Of a stretch of 27,011 nucleotides of DNA, positions 8,206-16,043 are shown in pieces. A program made the translations under genes and the position numbers. Source of the DNA: Acidimicrobiia bacterium (GTDB lineage: Bacteria > Actinomycetota > Acidimicrobiia > Spongiisociales > UBA11373); the NCBI GenBank assembly GCA_035458965.1, contig DATHYU010000256.1, positions 1 to 27,011 on the forward strand, in the 5' to 3' direction. The notes under the pieces are model-generated. The model made no database searches and had not been told where the DNA came from. It saw only the letters and a list, made by a program, of their open reading frames with translations. Positions within the stretch are counted from its first letter, which is position 1. Each line of letters opens with the position of its first letter.

Positions 8206-8648
8206 TGAAGATCGACACCACCGACAAGCAGATCATCGCCCTGCTCCAGGACGACGGCCGGATGCCGTTCTCGGCGCTCGGGCCGAAGGTCGGGCTGTCG
8301 CCGGCGGCGGCGCGCCAGCGCGTGCTCCAGCTCATCGACCAGGGCGTGATGCAGATCGTCGCCGTCACCGACCCGACGACCCTCGGGTTCCACGTGCAGG
8401 CGATGGTCGGCATCACCGTCGACGGCAGCGTCGAGGCCGTCACCGCCGAGATCACCGGCATGCCCGAGGTCGACTACACCGTGATCGTCGCCGGGCGCTT
8501 CGACATGCTCGTCGAGGTCGTCGCCGAGAACGCCGAGCACCTGATCTCGATCATGGAGCGCATCAGGGCGATCCCCGGCGTGGACGGAGCGGAGATCTTC
8601 ACCTACCTCCGGCTCGCCAAGCAGACCTACGACTGGGGAACCCGCTAG
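8205..8648 (+). CDS. Lrp/AsnC family transcriptional regulator
   Basis: MKIDTTDKQIIALLQDDGRMPFSALGPKVGLSPAAARQRV HTH, plus C-terminal RAM domain (VAGRFDMLVEV). TGATG overlap with ald. Confidence 0.92.
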   Translation: MKIDTTDKQIIALLQDDGRMPFSALGPKVGLSPAAARQRVLQLIDQGVMQIVAVTDPTTLGFHVQAMVGITVDGSVEAVTAEITGMPEVDYTVIVAGRFDMLVEVVAENAEHLISIMERIRAIPGVDGAEIFTYLRLAKQTYDWGTR

Positions 8649-8691
8649 GTCACCATCGATCCGGGCAGTCCCGCCCGGGTCACCACGCGAA

Positions 8692-8723
8692 CGGGCCGGG
8701 CGGCCCCTCGACCGCCCGGCCCG
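8692..8723. terminator. GC-rich hairpin between convergent genes, likely bidirectional terminator
   Basis: Perfect 12-bp inverted repeat CGGGCCGGGCGG (8692-8703) / CCGCCCGGCCCG (8712-8723) with an 8-nt loop; no U-tract, as is common in actinobacteria. Confidence 0.7.
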
Positions 8724-8741
8724 CTCTCGCGTCTCGCTCCG

Positions 8742-9821
8742 TCAGCTCTTCGCCTGGGCGAGCGCGTCCGTGTAGTTGATCTCGTAGTCGCCCTGGTCCT
8801 GGATCACCTCGGTGTTCGCCGAGCCGGTCGCCTCGTAGAAGTCCACGACCTCCTGCTCGAGGAACGGGACCGACGCAGCGTTCGGGCTGCCGTAGTAGTT
8901 CCAGTTCGTGAGCGCCGCGCCGTTCTCGGCATCCAGGAGGAAGTCGATGAACGTGTGCGCGGTGCACACCGACTTCGCGTTCGTCGGGATCGCCATGTTG
9001 TCGATCCACAGCGTCGCGCCCTCCTCCGGGAGGACGTACACGAAGTCGTCGGGGTTCTCGGCCTCGCCCATCGCCACGATCATGTTGCCCGAGTACCCAT
9101 GGGCCACGGCGACGTCGCCGGCGGCGAGGGACTCGTCGTACTGGTCCGAGTCGAAGGTCGCGATGTTGGCCTTGGCCTTCTGGATCACCTCGACGGCGGC
9201 CGCGAGATGGTCCGCGTTCGTGTCGTTCAGCGAGTAGCCGAGGTACATGAGCGCCGCGCCCATCGTCTCGCGCGGGTCGTTGAGCACCGACACGCCGCCC
9301 GCGAAGTTCGCCGTGAGAGCCGGATCGAACAGCAGGGCCCACGAGACCGGGAAGTCCGCGCCGACCAGCGCCGTGTTCACGCCGAGCCCGGTCGTGCCGT
9401 ACTGGTAGGCGATCGAGTAGTTCGCCCCGTCGTCGTAGGGCTGTGACGTGAACGCCGGGTCCAGGTTGCCGTAGTTCGTGAGCGCGCTCTTGTTGAGCTC
9501 CACGAGCAGGTCCTCGGACTTCATGACCGAGACCATGTAGTCGGACGGCACGATCAGGTCATAGGACACACCGCCCTGGATCTGCGCGAGCATCGCTTCG
9601 TTCGACTCGTAGAACGACTCGACCACGTCGACGCCGTACTGGCCCTCGAACGCCTCGATCAGATCTGGGTCCATGTACTCGGACCAGTTGTAGAAGTTCA
9701 GGTCGCCGTCGACCTGGCCAGGTGCACAGTCGGCAGCCGACACGGCGTCGGCGTCATCGCCTCCGCACGCCGCCGCAACCAGGGCGAGCGCGGCAACCAC
9801 CACGAGGATCTTCCTCATCAT
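8742..9821 (-). CDS. potD: Polyamine ABC transporter substrate-binding lipoprotein (PotD/PotF-like)
   Basis: Signal peptide with lipobox (LVAAAC), LNFYNWSEYMDP, YESNE, YDLIVPSDY, YQYGTTG, LNDPRE, HGYSG, EGATLWIDN. Start re-assigned to ATG 9821/9818 behind an AG-rich SD. Confidence 0.88.
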   Translation of the reverse strand: MMRKILVVVAALALVAAACGGDDADAVSAADCAPGQVDGDLNFYNWSEYMDPDLIEAFEGQYGVDVVESFYESNEAMLAQIQGGVSYDLIVPSDYMVSVMKSEDLLVELNKSALTNYGNLDPAFTSQPYDDGANYSIAYQYGTTGLGVNTALVGADFPVSWALLFDPALTANFAGGVSVLNDPRETMGAALMYLGYSLNDTNADHLAAAVEVIQKAKANIATFDSDQYDESLAAGDVAVAHGYSGNMIVAMGEAENPDDFVYVLPEEGATLWIDNMAIPTNAKSVCTAHTFIDFLLDAENGAALTNWNYYGSPNAASVPFLEQEVVDFYEATGSANTEVIQDQGDYEINYTDALAQAKS

Positions 9822-9853
9822 TCTCTTCCTTTCCTCCCTTTCAGTGGTCCCGG

Positions 9854-10699
9854 TCAAGACGTCTCGACCGCGGACCCTCCGGTGCGGTCCCGCTGAAAGA
9901 TCAGCGAGAACGCGACCAGCAGCATCGATGCGCTGAGCATCACCACCGAGACCGCATTGATCAGTGGGGTGACGCCACGGCGCACCAATCCAAACACATA
10001 GACGGGCAATGTGGTCGAACCGGGCCCGGCGACGAAGCTCGTGACCACCACGTCGTCGAGCGACAGGGTCAGCGCGAGCAGCGCCCCGCCGGCGACTGCC
10101 GGGGCGATGAGCGGCAGGGTCACCCGGCGGAACGCGGCCCAGCGGCTCGCATACAGGTCGGCGGCCGCCTCCTCGAGCGACGGGTCGAGCTGGGTGAGGC
10201 GGGCCCGCACCACGATGGCCACGAACGAGATGTTGAAGGCGATGTGGCTCAGCGAGATGGTCAGGAGACCGAACGAGATGTCGAGGCCGAGGCTGCCGAT
10301 GATCCCGAAGGCCTGACTGAAGAAGAGCAGCATCATCACGGCCATCGTGACGTCGGGAATGATCACCGGGAGGTACACGAGCCCGTCGAACGTGCGCTGG
10401 CCCCGGAAGCGGTACCGCTCGAGCGCGACCGCCGTCGCCGTGCCGAGCACCGTCGACACCGTCGTCGAGATGAACGCGACCACGAGCGAGTTCCGTAGCG
10501 CGTTCATCACGGCGTCGTTACGGAACATCTCGCCGTACCACTTGAACGAGAACTCCGTCCAGATGCCCACGTTGTCGTTCCCGTTGAACGAGAAGACCGT
10601 CAGCACGAGGATCGGGGCGTACAGGAACGCGAAGACCAACCACGTGTGGCCGGCGAGCCATCGATCGACCCCGCTCTTCGGACGCACGCCGACGCTCAC
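9854..10699 (-). CDS. potC: Polyamine ABC transporter permease (PotC-like)
   Basis: FLYAPILVLTVFSFN, SLSHIAF, EAA motif LEEAAADLYA, FTLSLDD-like LTLSLDD. GTG 10699 overlaps the potB stop; the ORF-track 5' extension to 11389 is spurious. Confidence 0.88.
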   Translation of the reverse strand: MSVGVRPKSGVDRWLAGHTWLVFAFLYAPILVLTVFSFNGNDNVGIWTEFSFKWYGEMFRNDAVMNALRNSLVVAFISTTVSTVLGTATAVALERYRFRGQRTFDGLVYLPVIIPDVTMAVMMLLFFSQAFGIIGSLGLDISFGLLTISLSHIAFNISFVAIVVRARLTQLDPSLEEAAADLYASRWAAFRRVTLPLIAPAVAGGALLALTLSLDDVVVTSFVAGPGSTTLPVYVFGLVRRGVTPLINAVSVVMLSASMLLVAFSLIFQRDRTGGSAVETS

Positions 10700-11592
10700 A
10701 GCGATCGCGCTCCGCGCCGGAAGTACACGATGGTGGCGACGAGCATGACCACCATCACGGCGACGGACAGCGCCGAGCCGAACGGCTGGTTCCTCGCGGC
10801 GAGGAACTGACTGACGATGTAGTCGCCGAGCAGCGTCGTGCGCGCCCCGCCGAGCAGCGCCGGGGTCACGTAGGCGCCGAGCGCCGGGATGAAGACCAGG
10901 ATCGAGCCCGCGATCACGCCCGGCATCGAGAGCGGGAGCGTGACCCTGCGGAAGGCCTGCCAGCCCGACGCGTACAGGTCGCGCGCTCCCTCGACGAGCG
11001 TCCAGTCCATCCGCTCCAGTGCGGCGTAGATGGGCAGCACCATGAAGGGGAGGAACCCGTACACGAGGCCGATGAGCACGGCGGGGTTCGTGAACAGGAT
11101 GCGGATCGGCTCGCCCCCGAACGCCTGGGAGAGCTGCGACAGCGGCCCGTCGTTGCCGAGCAGGACCCGCCACGCGTAGGTCCGCACGAGGAAGTTGGAC
11201 CAGAACGGGATCATGACGAGCACGAGCAGCATGCCCCGCCACTTGGCCGACCGCGTCGCCATGAAATACGCGAGCGGGTACGAGGCCGCCAGGGCGATCA
11301 CGGTCGTGAGGACCGCCATCGTGAGCGAGCGGAGGGCGATCTGGCCGACGAGCGGGTCGAACAGCCGCCGATAGGACTCGAGGTTCCACGACTCGAGCAC
11401 GGTCCTGCCGGTGCTCGACCGGGTGGCGAACGAGTAGACGACGACGATCACGAGCGGGATCGCAAAGAAGAGCACGAGGTAGAACGCCGACGGCGCGGCG
11501 ATCAACATTCCCCGCCGCGCCTCGGCCCGGATCGCGGCCTGCTCGAGCTCCGGAGTGACCGGAGCCTCACCCGTCTCGACGGGCACGGTCAT
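10696..11592 (-). CDS. potB: Polyamine ABC transporter permease (PotB-like)
   Basis: LVMIPFWSNFLVRTYAW, YGFLPFMVLPIY, LVEGARDLYA, VTLPLSMPG. ATG 11592 overlaps the potA stop. Confidence 0.88.
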   Translation of the reverse strand: MTVPVETGEAPVTPELEQAAIRAEARRGMLIAAPSAFYLVLFFAIPLVIVVVYSFATRSSTGRTVLESWNLESYRRLFDPLVGQIALRSLTMAVLTTVIALAASYPLAYFMATRSAKWRGMLLVLVMIPFWSNFLVRTYAWRVLLGNDGPLSQLSQAFGGEPIRILFTNPAVLIGLVYGFLPFMVLPIYAALERMDWTLVEGARDLYASGWQAFRRVTLPLSMPGVIAGSILVFIPALGAYVTPALLGGARTTLLGDYIVSQFLAARNQPFGSALSVAVMVVMLVATIVYFRRGARSL

Positions 11593-12698
11593 TCGTCGAC
11601 CACCGTCGTGGCGTCCGGGCTCCAATGGACGACGACCCGGTCCCCTTCGTTCCACTTGGCAACGGTCGGGCGGTTCTCCTCCTTGACCTCGAGGGTCCCG
11701 ACGGGCGAGTCCACGTCGTAGAAGAAGAAGTCGCCGTGGTACACCCTCCGGACGACGGTGCCGGGGAGCGAGTTGCGGCCCTCGCCCGCGTCGTCGGGCG
11801 CCGCGAGCGAGAACCGCTCGGGGCGGACCCCGACGGTGATCGCCGCGCCCTGCTCCCGGCCCGAGACCTTGCGCGCGCGGTACCCGTCGGCGAACTCGAT
11901 CGTCTCGGCGTCCACCACGGTGGCGGGGACCAGGTTGATCTCGCCGATGAAGTCCGCCACGAAGCGAGTCCGGGGGTGCTCGTAGAGCCCCTCGGGCGTG
12001 TCGAGCTGCAGCAGCTTCCCGTCGCTCATCACGCCGATGCGATCGCTCATGGTGAGCGCCTCCTGCTGGTCGTGCGTGACGTACACGAAGGTCACCCCGA
12101 CCCGGTGCTGGAGCTCCTTGAGCTCGATCTGCATCGACTGGCGCAGCTTGAGGTCGAGGGCGCCGAGCGGCTCATCGAGGAGCAGGACCGCCGGCTCGTT
12201 CACCAGGGCCCGGGCGAGCGCGACGCGCTGGCGCTGCCCACCCGAGAGCTGTGCGGGCTTCGCATCGGCGCGGGCGGACAGCCGGACCATGTCGAGGGCC
12301 CGCATGGCGCGCTCGCGGATACCGAGACGATCCGCTGACGACACCCGTCGAGCGAGGGGGTTGAGACCCGACGACTCGGCCCGCTTCGCCATCTCGAGCC
12401 CGAACACGACGTTGTCGAGGATCGTCATGTGGGGGAACAGCGCGTAGGACTGGAACACGGTGTTCACCGGCCGCTTGTTGGCCGGCAGCAGCCCCATCTC
12501 GGAGCCGTTGATCGCGATGGAGCCCGTCGTCGGGAACTCGAATCCGGCGATCATCCGCAGCGTGGTCGTCTTGCCGCAGCCGGATGGACCGAGGAGCGAG
12601 AAGAACTCGCCGTCGCGGATCTCGAGGGTCAGGTCGTCGACGGCCACGATGTCGTCGAAGCGCTTCGTGACGTTGCTGAGATGGACCGCGGCCTTCAC
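11589..12698 (-). CDS. potA: Polyamine ABC transporter ATP-binding protein (PotA-like)
   Basis: Walker A GPSGCGKTT, VFQSYALFPH, signature LSGGQRQ, Walker B LLLDEP, VTHDQQEA, C-terminal TOBE-like region. Start assigned to GTG 12698 behind GGAGG. Confidence 0.9.
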   Translation of the reverse strand: MKAAVHLSNVTKRFDDIVAVDDLTLEIRDGEFFSLLGPSGCGKTTTLRMIAGFEFPTTGSIAINGSEMGLLPANKRPVNTVFQSYALFPHMTILDNVVFGLEMAKRAESSGLNPLARRVSSADRLGIRERAMRALDMVRLSARADAKPAQLSGGQRQRVALARALVNEPAVLLLDEPLGALDLKLRQSMQIELKELQHRVGVTFVYVTHDQQEALTMSDRIGVMSDGKLLQLDTPEGLYEHPRTRFVADFIGEINLVPATVVDAETIEFADGYRARKVSGREQGAAITVGVRPERFSLAAPDDAGEGRNSLPGTVVRRVYHGDFFFYDVDSPVGTLEVKEENRPTVAKWNEGDRVVVHWSPDATTVVDE

Positions 12699-12829
12699 GA
12701 GCCTCCCGTCTCCCTCCGGCGTCGTGCGAGCATAGAGGCCGCCGACCGGTTCGTCCTGCCGAGCGGCGACAGTCGCCTGCATACAAACGATTCCATCGGA
12801 TATGTGAAGGAACACGGCAGTATGACAGT

Positions 12830-12858
12830 GTGACAGGTGTGCCTGCAACTGATACGAT
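12830..12858 (+). promoter_or_regulatory. Sigma70-type promoter for the ALDH-C45-GNAT-ALDH operon
   Basis: GTGACA (12830-12835), 17-nt spacer, TACGAT (12853-12858). Confidence 0.6.
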
Positions 12859-12886
12859 CCCAAACAGGCCGATCTGCGAGCGACTA

Positions 12887-14332
12887 GTGGGCACGACGGA
12901 GCTGAACCGCCAATTCATCGGGGGCGCGTGGGCCGACGCGGCGACCGGGGCGACCCGGGATCTCGTGAACCCGGCGACCGAGGACGCGATCGGCGCCATC
13001 GCCCACGGCGGCGCCGCCGACGCCGCCGCCGCGATCGAAGCGGCACACGATGCCTTCGAGGCCTGGGCCGCACGAGGACCATGGGCTCGCGCCGAGATCC
13101 TGCTGCGGGCGGCGGACCTCATGGCCGAGCGGGCCCCGCTGCTCGGGACGATCACGTCCGAGGAGTCCGGCAAGCCGATCCGGGAGGCCGTCGCCGAGTG
13201 GGCGTCGGCGCCCAACTACCTCCGATTCGCAGCCGAGGAGGCCAAGCGGATCGGCGGGAGGATCATTCCCAGCCGGGTGCCGGGCCGCCGCATCGAGGTG
13301 ACCTACGCCCCGATCGGGGTCGTCGGGGTCATCGCCGCATGGAACTTCCCGGTCTACAACGTGAACCGGGCGGCGTCCTCGGCCCTCGCGGCGGGGTGCA
13401 CGGTGGTCGTCCGGCCGAGTGAGCACACGCCGCGTTCCGCGCTCGCGTACGCCTCGATCCTCGCCGAGGCCGGCGCACCCGCCGGCGTGGTCAACGTGGT
13501 CCTCGGCGATGCCGCCGCCATGGCCGCGACGATGCTCGACGACCCGCGATTGAGAAAGCTCCAGTTCACGGGCTCCTCCGGCGTCGGCAAGCGACTGATG
13601 GAGGGTGCCGCCCGCACCGTCACGCGCCTCTCTCTCGAGCTCGGGGGCAACGCCCCCGTCATCGCCATGCCCGACGTCGCCGACGTCGCCGCGGTCGCCG
13701 CCGGGGCCGTCGGCGCGAAGTACCGCAACGCGGGCCAGGTCTGCATCGCCCCGCAGCGATTCCTCGTGCACGAGTCGATCGCCGGGGAGTTCGAGGCCGC
13801 CGTCGCCGACCGCACCGCGGCCCTCGCCGTCGGGGACCCGTCCCTCGAGACCACCGACATCGGCCCGATCATCAGCAGCCGCCAGCGCGACGCCGTCGAG
13901 CGGATCGTCGACGAGTCGGTCGGGCTCGGCGCGGCCGTGCGAGCGGGCGGGCGGCGCATCGACGGGAAGGGATTCTTCTTCGAGCCCACCGTGCTCTCCT
14001 CGACGCCGCCCGACGCTCCCGCCATGACGGAGGAGATCTTCGGGCCGGTGCTGCCGGTGACGACGTTCACCGACGTCGCCGACGCGATCGCGGTGGCGAA
14101 CTCGGTGGAGCTGGGGCTCACCGCCTTCGTCTGGACGACCGACCTCCGAACGGCCTTCTCGGTGTCCGACGCGCTCGAGTACGGCATGGTCGGGATCAAC
14201 GACTGGTACCCCGTGACGGCCGAGGCGCCCTTCGGCGGCGTCAAGGCGTCGGGGCTCGGGCGGGAGTCGGGATCCGAGGGCGTGCTCGAGTACCTCGAGT
14301 CCAAGACCCGGTACTTCGGCGGCGTGACGTGA
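12887..14332 (+). CDS. NAD(P)-dependent aldehyde dehydrogenase, succinate-semialdehyde dehydrogenase (GabD)-like
   Basis: AWNFP, FTGSSGVG, LELGGNAP (catalytic Glu), RNAGQVCI (catalytic Cys), EEIFGPV, APFGGVKASGLGRE. Start moved to GTG 12887 because the promoter overlaps the ORF-track start. Confidence 0.88.
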   Translation: MGTTELNRQFIGGAWADAATGATRDLVNPATEDAIGAIAHGGAADAAAAIEAAHDAFEAWAARGPWARAEILLRAADLMAERAPLLGTITSEESGKPIREAVAEWASAPNYLRFAAEEAKRIGGRIIPSRVPGRRIEVTYAPIGVVGVIAAWNFPVYNVNRAASSALAAGCTVVVRPSEHTPRSALAYASILAEAGAPAGVVNVVLGDAAAMAATMLDDPRLRKLQFTGSSGVGKRLMEGAARTVTRLSLELGGNAPVIAMPDVADVAAVAAGAVGAKYRNAGQVCIAPQRFLVHESIAGEFEAAVADRTAALAVGDPSLETTDIGPIISSRQRDAVERIVDESVGLGAAVRAGGRRIDGKGFFFEPTVLSSTPPDAPAMTEEIFGPVLPVTTFTDVADAIAVANSVELGLTAFVWTTDLRTAFSVSDALEYGMVGINDWYPVTAEAPFGGVKASGLGRESGSEGVLEYLESKTRYFGGVT

Positions 14333-15396
14333 CGAGCCCCATCGTCCTCGTCGCGGCCGGGGACCCGCGATCCATGGGGACCGCCCACGGGCTGGCGTTC
14401 GCCGACGAGATCCGCGCCTACACCGACAAGCGGGTCCGGCTGTCCCTGGAAGGGACCGGCATGTCACCGGCAGAGGCGCTGGCGGTCGCCGAGCTGATGC
14501 TCGACGCCCACCGCGACTACGACGCCGACCTCTTCACCGAGATGCTGGCCATGGCCGCCGCCGCCGGGATCAGCCCTGCCGAGGCGGTGATCGTGGGCGG
14601 CTACACCGACTTCATCGACACCATGCGCCGCCGTGCCGGCGGATCGGCGTTCGAGGACACGTGCACGACGGTGATCACGCCGGACACCGACTCCGGGGGC
14701 GCGGGCTTCCTCGCCCAGACGTGGGACATGCACGCGTCGGCGACCCCGCACGTCTTCATGCTCGATGCCCGGCCCGGGGGCCGGCCCGGCAGCCTCATCT
14801 TCACGACCCACGGAACCCTCGGCCAGATCGGGATGAACGACGCCGGCATCGCCATCGGCATCAACAACCTCACGATGGACGACGGGGACATCGGCGTGAC
14901 GTGGCCCTTCGTGGTGCGCAAGGCGCTCGACCAGACCGACTTCGAAGCCGCACTCGAGGCGGTCGTCGACGCCGACCTCGCCGGAGGCCACAGCTTCCTC
15001 CTCTTCGACGCGCGCGGCAACGGCGCCGTCGTCGAGGCGACCACGACGACGACCTCCATCGAGCGCCTCGACGGCCGGCCGCTCGTCCACACCAACCACT
15101 GCCTCACCGAGGCGGCCGCCACCGTCGAGTCGGCGCGGCCCGACTACCTGGTCGAGTCGTCGGACCTCAGGCTGGAGCACGCCACCGCCTACCTCGCCGC
15201 CTCGCCGGCCCATACCCTCGAGAGCCTGACGGCGCTCCTGCGCGACGAGGCGTCGATCTGCCGCCGGTCCGCCTCCCTCGACGACTACGAGAGCTCCGGA
15301 GCCGTCATCATGCGGCCGCGTACCGGCGACATGTGGGCCTGCTGGGGCGTCCCCGCCGACAACGACTTCGAGCACTTCCGGATCCCGCGGGGATGA
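14329..15396 (+). CDS. Peptidase C45 family Ntn hydrolase (acyl-CoA:6-APA acyltransferase / Tan-like amidohydrolase)
   Basis: Internal D-T-C-T autocleavage-type Cys, LAQTWDM, GQIGMNDAGIAIGINNL, VHTNH. GTGA overlap with ALDH1 and ATGA overlap with GNAT2. Confidence 0.82.
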   Translation: MTSPIVLVAAGDPRSMGTAHGLAFADEIRAYTDKRVRLSLEGTGMSPAEALAVAELMLDAHRDYDADLFTEMLAMAAAAGISPAEAVIVGGYTDFIDTMRRRAGGSAFEDTCTTVITPDTDSGGAGFLAQTWDMHASATPHVFMLDARPGGRPGSLIFTTHGTLGQIGMNDAGIAIGINNLTMDDGDIGVTWPFVVRKALDQTDFEAALEAVVDADLAGGHSFLLFDARGNGAVVEATTTTTSIERLDGRPLVHTNHCLTEAAATVESARPDYLVESSDLRLEHATAYLAASPAHTLESLTALLRDEASICRRSASLDDYESSGAVIMRPRTGDMWACWGVPADNDFEHFRIPRG

Positions 15397-16028
15397 CCGC
15401 GCTCCGCTACGTGCGCCTCACACCGGACCTCGTCGAGCAGTGCGCGGCGCTGGAGCTGCGGTCGTTCCCGACGGCCGACCCCGACGAGCTCCTGTCGGCG
15501 GACGACATCGCCGCGTACGCCGAGACGTTCCCGGAGGGGTTCTTCGTCTGCCTCGACGGGGACCGGGTCGTCGGCCAGGGAGCCGGCATCTTCCTCGACT
15601 TCGACTTCGACGACTACCAGCACTCCATCGTGGAGATCACCGGCGAGCACCAGTGCGGCAACCACGACCCCGACGCCGACTGGTACTACGGCACCGACAT
15701 CGTGGTGGATCCCGACTACCGGCGCCGGGGCATCGGCAGGACCCTCTACGACCTCCGCAAGCAGCTCGTGATGGACGGCGCCAAGCACGGGATCATCGCC
15801 GGCGGCCACATGCACGGGTTCGTCCATCACAAGCACGCCATGACGGCCGACGAGTACATCACCGAGGTCCGCGAGGGCCGCATCTACGACCCGACGCTCA
15901 CGTTCCAGATGAACCAGGGATTCGAGCTCGTCGGCGGGCTCGAGAACTACCTCGCCGACGAGGCGACGGACGGGTGGAGCGCCCTCATCGTGTGGCGCAA
16001 TCCCCGGCTCGCGACACGGACCGACTGA
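15393..16028 (+). CDS. GNAT-family N-acyltransferase (paralogue 2)
   Basis: ATG 15393 overlaps the C45 stop. YGTDIVVDPDYRRRGIG motif A; gapless alignment to 4916-5563. Confidence 0.85.
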   Translation: MTALRYVRLTPDLVEQCAALELRSFPTADPDELLSADDIAAYAETFPEGFFVCLDGDRVVGQGAGIFLDFDFDDYQHSIVEITGEHQCGNHDPDADWYYGTDIVVDPDYRRRGIGRTLYDLRKQLVMDGAKHGIIAGGHMHGFVHHKHAMTADEYITEVREGRIYDPTLTFQMNQGFELVGGLENYLADEATDGWSALIVWRNPRLATRTD

Positions 16029-16043
16029 ACAAGGGGGAAGGCC

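Noticed and set aside
6727-8648. Apparent long fusions in the ORF track (6727..8205, 7317..8648, 9854..11389, 14661..16028, 16883..18328, 19215..21083, 24157..25689)
   Set aside because: The N-terminal extensions are off-frame reads of upstream genes. True starts sit at stop/start overlaps or SD/leaderless signals, so there is no evidence of fusion or frameshifting.
12801-12845. CRP/GlxR site at the TGTGA half-sites
   Set aside because: No TCACA-like second half-site at the N6 spacing.
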